In this document: piece after piece, positions 9,676 to 20,700 of the stretch
Layout: each line of letters opens with the position of its first letter
How positions within the stretch are numbered: the first letter of the stretch is position 1
Source of the DNA: Desulfomonilia bacterium
GTDB taxonomy: Bacteria > Desulfobacterota > Desulfomonilia > UBA1062
DNA: 64,000 nt
Assembly: GCA_963664325.2 (NCBI GenBank)
Contig: CAXXDQ010000007.1
Coordinates: 192,001-256,000, forward strand
Reading direction: 5' to 3'
Made by a program: the position numbers and the translations under genes
Notes under the pieces: model-generated
The model's input: only the letters and a program-made list of their open reading frames with translations
Databases searched by the model: none
What the model was told of the DNA's origin: nothing

Positions 9676-10014
9676 ATGGAAGCAGAAAGCCTGGTAAAAC
9701 ACGCAACAGACAGCAACTTCGATTCATTTGTCAGGAAATCGGAAATCCCATCGCTTGTTGATTTCTGGGCGCCGTGGTGCGGTCCGTGCAGGGCAATAGC
9801 GCCTGTTCTTGAAGATCTCGCCAAGGATTACATGGGGAAAGTAAACATAGTTAAAGTCAATGTCGATGAGAATCCGAAGACAGCCCAGGAATATTCCGTC
9901 AGGAGCATCCCCATGCTGATGCTTATTGAGAAAGGCGAAGTCAGGGAAACAATGCTGGGCTTAAGGCCCAAAGAGCACCTTGCGGCAATGATTGATAGGG
10001 GTATGCCGAAATGA
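9676..10014 (+). CDS. trxA: Thioredoxin
   Basis: VDFWAPWCGPC, KVNVDEN, VRSIP. AAGGAG RBS. Confidence 0.96.
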   Translation: MEAESLVKHATDSNFDSFVRKSEIPSLVDFWAPWCGPCRAIAPVLEDLAKDYMGKVNIVKVNVDENPKTAQEYSVRSIPMLMLIEKGEVRETMLGLRPKEHLAAMIDRGMPK

Positions 10015-10172
10015 CCGAGACCCTTATTTTTATAGGCGTAACAGCTGCATGGTTTATCCTGCAGCTGTTCATCCTGCCCCGGTTCGGCATACAGACCTGA
10101 ATGAGCAGCGCCTGTCAGTTGGACAGGAAAGATGAAGACAGGAAGAGCAAAGGGCCTGCAAAAGAAGGATGA
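10011..10172 (+). CDS. Putative 53-aa single-TM selenoprotein (U at codon 30)
   Basis: ATGA overlap with the trxA stop. MTETLIFIGVTAAWFILQLFILPRFGIQT-UGA-MSSACQLDRKDEDRKSKGPAKEG*. SECIS-like hairpin 10 nt after the UGA. Confidence 0.65.
10111..10127 (+). promoter_or_regulatory. Candidate bacterial SECIS element
   Basis: CCTGTC-AGTTG-GACAGG, a perfect 6-bp stem. The loop starts 17 nt after the UGA at 10098-10100 and has G in its second position. Confidence 0.55.
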
Positions 10173-10206
10173 ACATAATGGATGTCGCATGGGGAATGCG
10201 TAATTA

Positions 10207-10233
10207 CAGGCTGCCCTCAACTGCGGCAGCCTG
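10207..10233. terminator. GC-rich hairpin downstream of the trxA unit (possible terminator)
   Basis: CAGGCTGCC-9nt-GGCAGCCTG perfect 9-bp stem. No immediate U-tract. Confidence 0.45.
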
Positions 10234-10263
10234 ATCAGCCAAGTGGTTTTGATTTTATTTCTA

Positions 10264-10298
10264 TCTCCTGTCTCCTGACTCCTGTTTCCTGACTTCTC
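10264..10298. repeat. Degenerate heptamer tandem repeat (about 5 x TCTCCTG)
   Basis: TCTCCTG TCTCCTG ACTCCTG TTTCCTG ACTTCTC. Confidence 0.6.
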
Positions 10299-10353
10299 AA
10301 TAATTGAACCTTTCTATTGAAAGCTCAGGCATTCTGTGGCTTCATCTCTGTTT

Positions 10354-10818
10354 ATGAATGCTCTCGATAAGATCGATAAAGACATATTAAGGCTTGCTCA
10401 GGGTAATCTGCCTATCTGTGAAGAACCTTTTGCCCTCTGGGCCAATGAGCTTGAAATCCCGCAGGAAGAACTTCTTGTCCGATTGAAAAGGCTTAAGGAA
10501 GCCGGCATCATCCGGGATTTCAAGGCGATCCTCAGGCATCAGAAGGCAGGGATCTCGGCTAATGCTTTGGTGACCTGGGCGGTTGAAGAAGCCAGGGCGG
10601 GAGAGGCTGGAATAGAGCTTGCCGGTTTTGACGTCATAACGCATTGCTATGAACGACCGGATTTCGGCAGGTATAATATCTTCACCATGATTCACGCTAA
10701 AACAAAAAAAGACCTGCTGAAGATGATAAAAGAGATCTCTGAGAAGACCGGCCTGACGGATTATGAAATCTACTGGAGCAAACAAGAATTCAAAAAATCA
10801 TCAATGCAATATTTTTAA
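10354..10818 (+). CDS. Siroheme decarboxylase subunit (AhbA/AhbB/NirDLGH, Lrp/AsnC fold)
   Basis: QGNLPICEEPFA, HQKAGISANALVTW, ITHCYERP, YNIFTMIHA, EFKKSSMQYF (AhbB-like). Confidence 0.85.
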   Translation: MNALDKIDKDILRLAQGNLPICEEPFALWANELEIPQEELLVRLKRLKEAGIIRDFKAILRHQKAGISANALVTWAVEEARAGEAGIELAGFDVITHCYERPDFGRYNIFTMIHAKTKKDLLKMIKEISEKTGLTDYEIYWSKQEFKKSSMQYF

Positions 10819-10965
10819 ATACCGGAAAAAGGGATTCCGGGAAAAATCAGTTTGGCTGCACCGCCATAACCATAAAAATTATTTTTCCCAGACATTGACC
10901 TTATTACTGTCAGTATTAATATTATAATTGTTAATGAGCCACAGGAACGTCAAAACTGCGATGCC

Positions 10966-13900
10966 ATGAGGAACTGTTCTTCGGGAAGGGGGAAAAGGAT
11001 GAGATCCTGGCTGTCGGGTTTGCGTTTTCGCTTCATGCTGCTCGTTGTCATAGCCATGATACCGGTAACTCTGCTCATGTTTATCCATATCCTGAATGAC
11101 AGGGATGAAAATATTTCAAACATCAAAAAAGACGGGATCAAGACAGGAAGCCTTTGCGCCTCAAACTCTGCCAGTGTTGTAGAGGGATGCAGGCAGCTGC
11201 TTACATCACTCGCATATTCGAATCCGTTCATGGTTCAGGATCTTCAGATTGAAACCGAACTGCTTCAAAATATCAAGAAAACAACACCGGATTATCTGAT
11301 GATAGGCATATGCAGCCCGGAGGGCCTTGTCGTTACGAGCTCTGTCCCGACTGGCATGGCTGTATATGCCAATGACCGCCAATGGTTTAAGAGGTTGCAG
11401 GCTTCAAGGGATTTTGCGGTGGGCGATTATCAGGTCGGCAGGATAACGGGAAAGCCGGGAATAACGTTCGGCTTTCCGATCAAAGGAAAGCCTGGCGAAA
11501 AGCGGTCTGCTTCGGTTTATGCCACACTTGATCTTGATGTCATAAGTGCCATGTTCAAAAAGGTAATTCTCCCCGAAGGCTGTTTGGTCAACCTGATTGA
11601 CAGAAACGGCACCATTATCGTCAGCAACCCTGACAACAGGAATATCATCGGCAAACCGAGTAAAGGCATGATGGAATTCAGGAAGGCAGGCAAAAGGCAG
11701 GGGGAATATCTGGAGGTCGTCGGGTCAGACGGCGTGAAAAGGCTTTACACATTCACATATGTACCCGGAAGCGATGACGGATTATATGTCGGAATTGGCC
11801 TGTCTTTGGAACAGATATACGCCAGCACCCGCAAGGAAATGGTCGAAGGGTTTATGTGGCTCGGTTTGTCAATAGCGATTGCTTTTGCATTAGTATGGCT
11901 TATCACTGGAGTTTCTATCATCAGGCATGTCCGGTACCTTGTCAATGCGGCCAGAATGCTTGCAGGCGGAGAAAAAAAAGTAAGGGTTGAGCTTAAAGGC
12001 GGTACAAAGGAACTGAAAGAGCTGTCCGTGTCATTTAACGATATGGCTGACTCGCTTGAAAACTACAGCAGGAATCTCGAAATGCTGGTTGCCGAAAGGA
12101 CCGCAGCACTTGAGAAAGCCAACAGAACACTTTTTGAAAGTGAAGAGCTTTTCAGGATGTCATTCGAAAACGCCAGCATCGGGAAATCCCTGACAAGGCC
12201 CGATGGAAGTCTAGCAAGGGTCAATCAGGCCATGTGCGACATGCTGGGCTATACACGTGAAGAGCTTCAAAACATAAACTTTGCTGACATCACACACCCC
12301 GACGACATCGTTTCGAACAAAGAAGCTATCGACAGCCTTTTTTCTGGAAAAATCCCTGCCATCCGCTTGGAAAAACGGTATATCGGCAAAAATGGACAGA
12401 TTGTCTGGGCCGAACTTTCTTCCGTTCTGCTGTGCGACAAGGAAAACAAACCGCTTTATCTGATCACGCATATTATTGACATAACTGATCGCAAGCGGGC
12501 GGAGAGGGAATTGCAGGATCGTGATGAACGGTACAGGAAGTTATCCTCCCATGTCCCGGGTATGATCTATGAGTTTATGAAGAAAACTGACGGTACCTAC
12601 TGCGTACCGTTCACTACAGAAGCCATCAGGGATATTTTTGGCTGCTCACCGCAAGATGTGCGTGATGATTTTTCTCCCATAGCCAGAGTGATACTGCCCG
12701 AGGACTTGGATAAAGTGATCGGCTCTATTGAATATTCGGCCGAGCGCCTGACCACCTTCCTCTGCGAATACCGGGTGCAGATCCCGGGAAAAACGATCAG
12801 ATGGATGCTGGGCCATTCAACACCTGAAAAATTACCTGATGGCAGCGTTATCTGGTACGGATTCAATACCGACATCACAGAGCGGAAGTTATCGGAAGAG
12901 GCCCTGAAAATCTCGGAAGAAAACTACCGCACTATCTTCGATGCGGCGAACGACGCAATTTTCCTGCATGACCCTGATAGCGGAAGGATCCTGGATGCCA
13001 ACAAAAAAGTCTGCGAGATGTATTCCATCACCCGTGAGGAGGCATTAGGGCTTGATATAGAAGCAATAAGCGAAGGGCAGCCGCCTTACTCGCATGAGGA
13101 AGCCGTAAAAAAAATACGCGCAGCTCTTCTGGAGGGTCCTCAACTGTTTGAATGGAAGGCTAAAGATGCATCCGGAAGAATATTCTGGGTGGAAGTAAAC
13201 CTCAAATTTACGGTTCTGGCTGGAAAGAAAACAGTAATGGCTATTGTGCGCGATATTTCCGAACGGAAAAAGGCCGAGGACGAAAGACGGAATCTTGAAA
13301 TAAGGCTGAACCAGTCTCAGAAATTCGAAAGCCTTGGCATTCTTGCGGGCGGAATAGCGCATGACTTCAACAACATACTTATGGCCATACTTGGAAATTC
13401 CGAGTTGGGGCTTATGAATATTCCCGATGATTCGCCCGCCCGTCCCAGGTTTGAAGAGATTAATGCAGCATCAATCAGGGCCTCGGAGATATGCAAACAG
13501 ATGCTCGCTTATTCGGGCAAGGGCCGCTTTATTATCCAGATAATAGACCTGACTGAAGTGATCGAGGAGATGAGGCACATGATCGAGGTGTCAGTGAGCG
13601 GAAAGGTCCGACTGGATTACAGGCTTCAAAAGGGCCTTCCCCGATAGAAGCTGATCTTCTGCAGATCCATCAGGTCATCATGAACCTGATCATCAATGCC
13701 TCAGAATCGACAGGCGAGAAGGGAGGGACGATCAATATTACGACAGGTCTAATGGAATGCGGCAGGGAATATCTGAATGATGCCCAAGCGGAAACCGACT
13801 TAAAGGAAGGCGACTACGTGTTTCTTGAGATCACGGACACCGGATGCGGAATGGACAAGGCCACATTGTCAAAGATTTTCGACCCGTTTTTCTCTACAAA

Positions 13901-14489
13901 ATTCACGGGCCGGGGACTGGGCCTGGCTGCGGTGCACGGGATAGTACGCGGCCATAAAGGCTTCATGAAGGTTTACAGCGAGCCGGGCCATGGCACCACA
14001 TTCAAGGTGCTGTTCCCGGCAGCCAGGTACTCGGTCGTTGAAGATTCATCCCTGAGAGCGGCAGCCCAGAAAAAGGAAGAGGAAATTTTCAAAGGGAGTG
14101 ACACGATCCTGCTTGTTGATGATGAGGAACCGATAAGGACGCTCGGCAGGACCATGCTCGAAAGAATGGGATTCAGCGTGTTTTCTGCCGCCAACGGGAT
14201 TGAGGCCGTTGAAATTTTCCGCAAGTACAAAAATCAGATAGCCTGTATCATCCTTGACCTTACGATGCCGCATATGGACGGCGATGAGACATTCAGGAAA
14301 ATGCGGTTTATAAGGCCGGATATACCGATAATCATGAGCAGCGGCTATAATGAACAGGATGTTGTCAACCGCTTTTTGGGCAAAGGCATGTCGGGCTTTA
14401 TCCAGAAGCCATACCACCTCAGCACCTTGGCGGAGGCGTTGAAAAAAGTTATCACCGGCAGCAAGTCTGGTGACGAAGAAAAAAGATGA
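10966..14489 (+). pseudogene. Hybrid sensor kinase (Cache-HAMP-3xPAS-HisKA-HATPase-REC) split by a 1-nt frameshift near 13640
   Basis: ORF 10966-13647 ends QKGLPR*. The -1 frame continues IEADLLQIHQVIMNL into ORF 13680-14489. The paralog at 14528 reads KELPSIEADVSQIQQIIMNL uninterrupted. Confidence 0.85.
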
Positions 14490-14527
14490 ATGCCCGATGG
14501 TAAAGAGATACAACTGCAACAGATCGC

Positions 14528-17500
14528 ATGAATCTGAAGGCGAGAGCCAGGGAAAGGAACAAAGGAAAAATGGAAAATAATAAAAACTCAAAGGAAAAAT
14601 CAGATAAGAAATTCAGATATATCCTTACTACAATATTCGTCCTGCTCGTAATCGGTATTAGTATTACCGGCTGGCTTTATATGGTAGGGCTGAGGGATGA
14701 TGAGGCCCACAGGCTGAATCAGGATTTGAAGGCTATTTCCGAGCTCAAGGTGCAGCAGATTTTGAACTGGCGCAAAGAAAGGCTGGGAGATGCAAATTTA
14801 ATATCCAGCTCTAAATCAATAGCCGATGCCGTAAAGTCTTATCTGTCGAATCCATACTCCACTCAGGCCCAGGAGGAAATGCTCGACTGGATGACAGTCA
14901 TGCAGAAAAGCAATAACTATAAGGCTCTCATTCTATATGACCTGAATTTCAAACCCCGCATCTCGGTTCCTTCAAAACCCGATACGGCCGACAAGTCTAT
15001 AAGGAACATCATTACTGACACATTAAATTCAGGAAAGCCAACCATATCGGACCTTCACTTCAATGATTCAGGAAAAATCGTCATCGACCTTGTAGCGCCT
15101 GTTTACAACCCGTATTCAAAATTGTCAGACGGCGGCGGCACCCCGGTTGCAGCCATGCTGTTTGAAATTGACCCTTACACTTTTTTATACCCCCTGATAC
15201 AGTCCTGGCCTACAACGAGCAGGACCGCCGAGAGCCTGCTTGTTGAAATGAAAGGCAATAATGTTTTTTATCTTAATGAACTCAGGCATATAAAAGGGAC
15301 GGCACTCAGGTTTGAAAAACCCCTTGATGAACCCAGACTGCCGGCGGCCATGGCGTTGAGAGAGATCAAAGAAGTTACAGAAGGTATTGATTACCGCGGT
15401 GTTCCAGTAATAGCGGCTTCAAAGTCAATCTCAGGCACCCCCTGGATAATAATAGCGAAAGAGGACAAGTCGGAAATTTATAAACCGCTGTACAGAAGGC
15501 TTGTCATGACAGGCATAATAATTGTCATCGTCCTGATTGCATCAATGCTTGTTATGGGTGTTATCTGGTCACAGTACAAAGCTAATATACTCAAACAGAA
15601 CATCAAGGAACGCGAGCGGACGGAGTCGGTCCTGCGGGAATCGGAAACAAAGTTCCACCTGCTGGCTGATTTTACACAAGACTGGGATTACTGGATTGAT
15701 AACGATAACCGCTTTGTCTATACTTCGCCGTCTTGTGAACGGATAACCGGTTATACCCCGGAAGAGCTCATTCAAAATCCCGCATTGCTGATCGACATGG
15801 TCCATCCTTACGACCAGGAAAAAATGGCCGGTCATGTGAAGGATAATCACAGGTCCGATCGGATAAGCGAAATTGAGATCAGGATCATACATAAAGACGG
15901 TTCAATCAAGTGGATGGAACACCACTGCAAACCGATATATAATGCAGAGTCGGTCAATATCGGCAGGCGGGCCAGCAACCGTGACATAACCGACCGCAAA
16001 CAGACCGAGGAATTGCTTGAACGGGAGCGTGAGCTGTATATCGACCTTGTAAACACCCAGCCTGCCGGGATATACAGGCTCAGGGTTTTTCCGCCCGAGA
16101 AATGGGAAAACGACGCATGGAACAGCTCCAGGACGGCGCCCTATTTAATTGAGATGGTAAACAAAAATTTCTGCGACATTCTGGGCATCGACCAGGAGGT
16201 TTTCAAGGCTAATCCCGGCATAATTTTGGATCTGGTCCATAGCGAAGACAAAGCAGAATTCACAAGAAAAAATGAAGAGGCAAATGTCAGGCTGGCACCG
16301 TTTTTATGGGAGGGCAGACTTAATATCGAAGGCAAGACCATATGGGTTCATTTTGAGTCCATCCTGAGACAGGTTGAAAACGGAGACGTGCTCTGGACAG
16401 GCGTCCTTTATGACATCACCGGGAGAATACATCAGGAGGAAGAGCGCAGAAAGATCGAAGAGGGACTTCAACAGACGCAGAGGCTTGAAAGCCTGGGTGT
16501 ACTTGCAGGCGGCATCGCGCATGATTTCAACAATATTCTGACGGCCATTCTCGGCAATGCAGAGCTTGCGCTGATGGACATGTCCGAATCCGCTCCCTCA
16601 AGGCCCAGGCTCGAGGCCATAAACAAAGCCTCGCTGAGGGCGGCCGGCCTCTGCAGGCAGATGCTTGCATACTCGGGGAAGGGGCGCTTTGTAATCAGGC
16701 CGGTTGACCTTTCGGAGGTCGTGGAAGAAATGAGCCGCATGCTTGAGGTCTCCATATCCAAGAAGACCATTTTGAACTTCAGGCTGGCAAAGGAGCTGCC
16801 TTCGATAGAGGCCGATGTTTCCCAGATTCAGCAGATTATCATGAACCTCATTATAAATGCATCCGAGGCCATAGGAGAGGAAAATAACGGGGTGATCTAC
16901 ATTGCGACAGGTCTTATCGAATGCGACAGGAAATACCTCCAGGAGGCGCAGCTGACAAAAGACCTCGAAGAGGGGTATTATGTATACCTTGAAGTAGCGG
17001 ATACCGGCTGCGGAATGGACAGGGAAACAATTGCAAGGATATTCGACCCGTTTTTCTCGACCAAATTTACGGGCAGGGGGCTTGGCCTGTCAGCGGTGCA
17101 GGGAATCGTCCGCGGCCACAAGGGCGCCATGAAGATTTACAGCGAACCCGGCAAAGGCACCACATTCAAAGTGCTGTTTCCCATGACCGATACCCTGCCC
17201 GAATCAATATCCGGGGAGCAAACGGAAGAAAAATACTGGAAAAGCAGCGGCACTGTCTTGCTGGTTGATGACGAAGAGCCCATAAGGATTCTAGGAAGGA
17301 TTCTGCTTGAACGCATGGGCTTTGATGTCCTGACCGCTTCCAACGGGAAAGAGGCCCTTGAAGTGTTTTCAGCCAACAAGGATAAAATACGGTGTATCAT
17401 CCTCGACCTTACCATGCCGCATATGGATGGAGAGCAGACATTCCGTGAATTGCGCCTTATGGAACCCGGTATACCGGTAATCATGAGCAGCGGTTACAAC

Positions 17501-17608
17501 GAGCAGGATGTTGTACAGCGCTTCCTGGGTAAAGGGATTTCCGGTTTTATCCAGAAGCCTTACCGCATAAACAGCCTGATGGAAACCCTGAGGAAAGTAC
17601 TTCGATGA
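14528..17608 (+). CDS. Hybrid sensor histidine kinase (Cache-like, PAS, HisKA, HATPase, REC)
   Basis: Two TMs, PAS/PAC repeats, GGIAHDFNNIL H-box, FFSTKFTGRGLGL, VLLVDDEE/ILDLTMP receiver. Confidence 0.93.
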   Translation: MNLKARARERNKGKMENNKNSKEKSDKKFRYILTTIFVLLVIGISITGWLYMVGLRDDEAHRLNQDLKAISELKVQQILNWRKERLGDANLISSSKSIADAVKSYLSNPYSTQAQEEMLDWMTVMQKSNNYKALILYDLNFKPRISVPSKPDTADKSIRNIITDTLNSGKPTISDLHFNDSGKIVIDLVAPVYNPYSKLSDGGGTPVAAMLFEIDPYTFLYPLIQSWPTTSRTAESLLVEMKGNNVFYLNELRHIKGTALRFEKPLDEPRLPAAMALREIKEVTEGIDYRGVPVIAASKSISGTPWIIIAKEDKSEIYKPLYRRLVMTGIIIVIVLIASMLVMGVIWSQYKANILKQNIKERERTESVLRESETKFHLLADFTQDWDYWIDNDNRFVYTSPSCERITGYTPEELIQNPALLIDMVHPYDQEKMAGHVKDNHRSDRISEIEIRIIHKDGSIKWMEHHCKPIYNAESVNIGRRASNRDITDRKQTEELLERERELYIDLVNTQPAGIYRLRVFPPEKWENDAWNSSRTAPYLIEMVNKNFCDILGIDQEVFKANPGIILDLVHSEDKAEFTRKNEEANVRLAPFLWEGRLNIEGKTIWVHFESILRQVENGDVLWTGVLYDITGRIHQEEERRKIEEGLQQTQRLESLGVLAGGIAHDFNNILTAILGNAELALMDMSESAPSRPRLEAINKASLRAAGLCRQMLAYSGKGRFVIRPVDLSEVVEEMSRMLEVSISKKTILNFRLAKELPSIEADVSQIQQIIMNLIINASEAIGEENNGVIYIATGLIECDRKYLQEAQLTKDLEEGYYVYLEVADTGCGMDRETIARIFDPFFSTKFTGRGLGLSAVQGIVRGHKGAMKIYSEPGKGTTFKVLFPMTDTLPESISGEQTEEKYWKSSGTVLLVDDEEPIRILGRILLERMGFDVLTASNGKEALEVFSANKDKIRCIILDLTMPHMDGEQTFRELRLMEPGIPVIMSSGYNEQDVVQRFLGKGISGFIQKPYRINSLMETLRKVLR

Positions 17609-17703
17609 AAAACAGGGACAAAGATGAATGTCCGGTATCCGATCTTACCCGGGAACCGGCTACTTATTGCCCGGGCATTCGGAAAGGCGGGTAGGCCAGA
17701 GCA

Positions 17704-20700
17704 ATGATGGGATATGCCATGAAAAGAACAACAAATTATCTGCCCTTTATCGCCATATTTATACTGCCTTTACTGTTTTATCCTGTAGTTGATTCATCGC
17801 TCTGGCAGAGCAGCAGCGATGTACACGCCTTTTTTGAATTTGCATCATCCCTGCTCGCCATAACGGCAGGGATAATGGTCCTGCTTCATTTCTTTACAAC
17901 AGGCCGCCTGTTCTTTCTGATTATTTCAATCGGATTCGTCCTGATAGGTACAGAAGAATTTGTCCATGCAATATTCTCTTTCAGCAGGACCTGGCCTGAA
18001 ACTATCCCCACCTTTAAACTGGCTATTTCCACGACCTGGCTGACCGGACACCTAGTCCTGTTGGCATCGTTCTTCTTCGCCCTTGTTTACGGGAAAAAGG
18101 AAATCGTTCAGGTTAAAAGGATACCGGATGCTGTTGTATATAATATTTTAGGCCTTATTTTTGCGGTCGTCGCAGCATTAATGATTTTCAATTCCCCGTT
18201 TCTTCCACATTTTGTTCAACTGGGTTCGATTACGAAGAAGATTACAGAACTTTCTCTGGCGTTATTATACTTTATCGCTTTTTTATTATACTCGAATGTC
18301 TACTTTAAACAGCAACACCGCAGCCCGCTTCTCTGGAGCATCGTCGCCTTCATTATCTTCCGGGTTCTGGCTCACATCTATGTGTTTGACGCACGGAATT
18401 TCTACGATTCACACTGGGACACAGCCCATCTGATAGTGTTTTTAAGCTATTTTTTCCCGATCTTCGGTGTCTGGGGTGAAACCTATAAATTGCACAGTTC
18501 ATCTCAGGCTCAGCTAAACAAACTCGGAATAGAAATGAACGAGCGAAAACAGGCCGAGGAGGCCCTGCATAAGAGCGAAGAACGGTTTCGTCTTTTATCA
18601 GAAGCCGCGTTTGAGGCAGTTGTCATTCATGAGGAAGGTGTCCTCATCAATGCGAACAGCCAGTATTTTAAAATGTTCGGGTATGAGCCGGAAGAAACGC
18701 TCGGCAAAGATATGATGTCCGTGACAATTGCCCCTGAAGCCCTGGAGTTTGCGAAAAATCAGACAGACATGGACAGCTCCGGACCTTACGAATCTATCGG
18801 GCTAAGGAAGGATGGGACAAGGTTTCCAATGGAGTTGCGCGGACGAAAGATGGAATACAAAGGACGCAGTGTCAGGTTCGGAGTTATCATTGACATTACT
18901 GAGCGTAAGCGTGTGGAGCAGGCTCTGCGGGAGAGCGAAGAGAAGTACCGCGAACTTGTCAGATATGCGCCGGCCGGGATTTACGAACTCGATTACGAGA
19001 CAAACCGGTTAACGAGCGTTAACGATATTCTCTGTGAATACACCGGATACACAAGAGACGAACTGCTTGGAATAGATTTTATCAACTTTCTCACAGAAGA
19101 GAGTCAGAAGCTTTTACATTCGCGCATTGAAAAGATTAAAGCCGGAGAAAAAATAGAACCTACGGTCGAGTTCTGCATCAGGACAAAAAACGGAAACAGT
19201 TTTTGGGGCCTTTTCAACGTCAGTCACATTTATGAATCCGGTAAATTGAAGAGTGCGACAGGTATCATCAATAACATTACAGACCGCAAATTGGCGGAAG
19301 AACAACTGCGCAGGGCGAATGCGTTCCTGGACTCGATAGTGGAGAATATCCCGGATATGATTTTTCTAAAGGACGCAAGATACCTCCGGTATCTGCAGTT
19401 CAACAGGGCGGGAGAGGATCTGCTCGGTTATTCCAGAATAGATATGATTGGAAAGAGCGATTATGATTTCTTTCCGAAAGAACAGGCGGATCACTTTAAT
19501 GAAAAGGACAGGGAGGTTTTAAACGGCAAGAAGGTTCTGGATATTCCGGAAGAGAATGTTCAGACGCTCAATAAGGGGGTGCGGATACTTCACACGAAGA
19601 AGGTTCCGCTGCTGGATGCGAACGGAGAACCCGAGTTCCTGCTCGGGATATCGGAGGACATAACCGAGCGCAAAAAGGCGGAGGAGGCGCTGAGGGAGAG
19701 CGAAAACCAGTTCGGTAAAATGATTTCCTGGGTGCCCGGGATGATTTACAAGTTTACGAAAAGGCCCGATGGAACTTATTACGTTCCATTCAGTACTCAG
19801 GGCATCAGGGATATTTTCGGATGTTCCCCTGAAGATGTAAGCGGGGACTTTTCTCCAATAACCAGGGTAATACTGCCCGAGGATCTGGATAAAGTAATCA
19901 GTACCATTGAATTCTCGGCCGGACATCTGAGCATCTGGGAATGTGAATATCGGGTACAGATTCCCGGCCAGCCGGTCAAATGGCTGCTGGGCCAATCGAC
20001 GCCTGAGAGAATGGATGACGGCAGCATAACCTGGTATGGCTTCAATACGGACATAACCGGGCGCAAACAGGCGGAGGAGGCGCTCCTGGAAAGCGAGTCG
20101 CGATACCGCCTGCTGTCTGAGCATACAACTGATACTGTTTTTATGATGGATATGAACCTCAAGATGACCTACCACAGCCCCTCGGGGGAAAAGCTTCGCG
20201 GTTTTACTGTAAAGGAGATAATGGAAATGCCGCTGGAGCGACAGGTCACACCCGAGTCTCTTAAACTGGTATCTGAGTTGTTCCTTAACGAGATACCAAA
20301 AGTGATTGCGGATCCGGGCTATAATCCAATCCGTTTATTGGACCTCGAGTATTCCTGCAAGGACGGTTCGACTGTGTGGGCTGAAAGCAAGTTCAGCATC
20401 ATAAGGGACGAAAAAAGCGGCAGGCCGGTGTCCATCCTGGGCGAAGGAAGGAATGTTACCGACCGGAAGCGGGCCGAGGAAGAAAAGGTCAAGCTGGTTG
20501 CCCAACTACAGCAGGCCCAGAAGATGGAGTCTGTGGGAAGGCTGGCAGGAGGCGTGGCACACGACTTCAACAACATGCTGGCCGTTATTCTCGGGCATGC
20601 AGAGCTGGCCCTTATGAAGATCGACCCGGCTCAGCCCCATCATGCCGATCTCCAGGAAATCCGGATGGCAGCGGAACGCTCCGCCGAGCTTACGAGGCAG

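Noticed and set aside
9828-10220. Minus-strand 130-aa ORF
   Set aside because: Antisense to trxA and the candidate selenoprotein, with no protein-like features.
13629-13647. A_AAG_GGC as a programmed -1 frameshift site
   Set aside because: G-run slippery sites are weak, and the paralog alignment (KGLPxIEAD versus KELPSIEAD) fits a simple deletion after LP.
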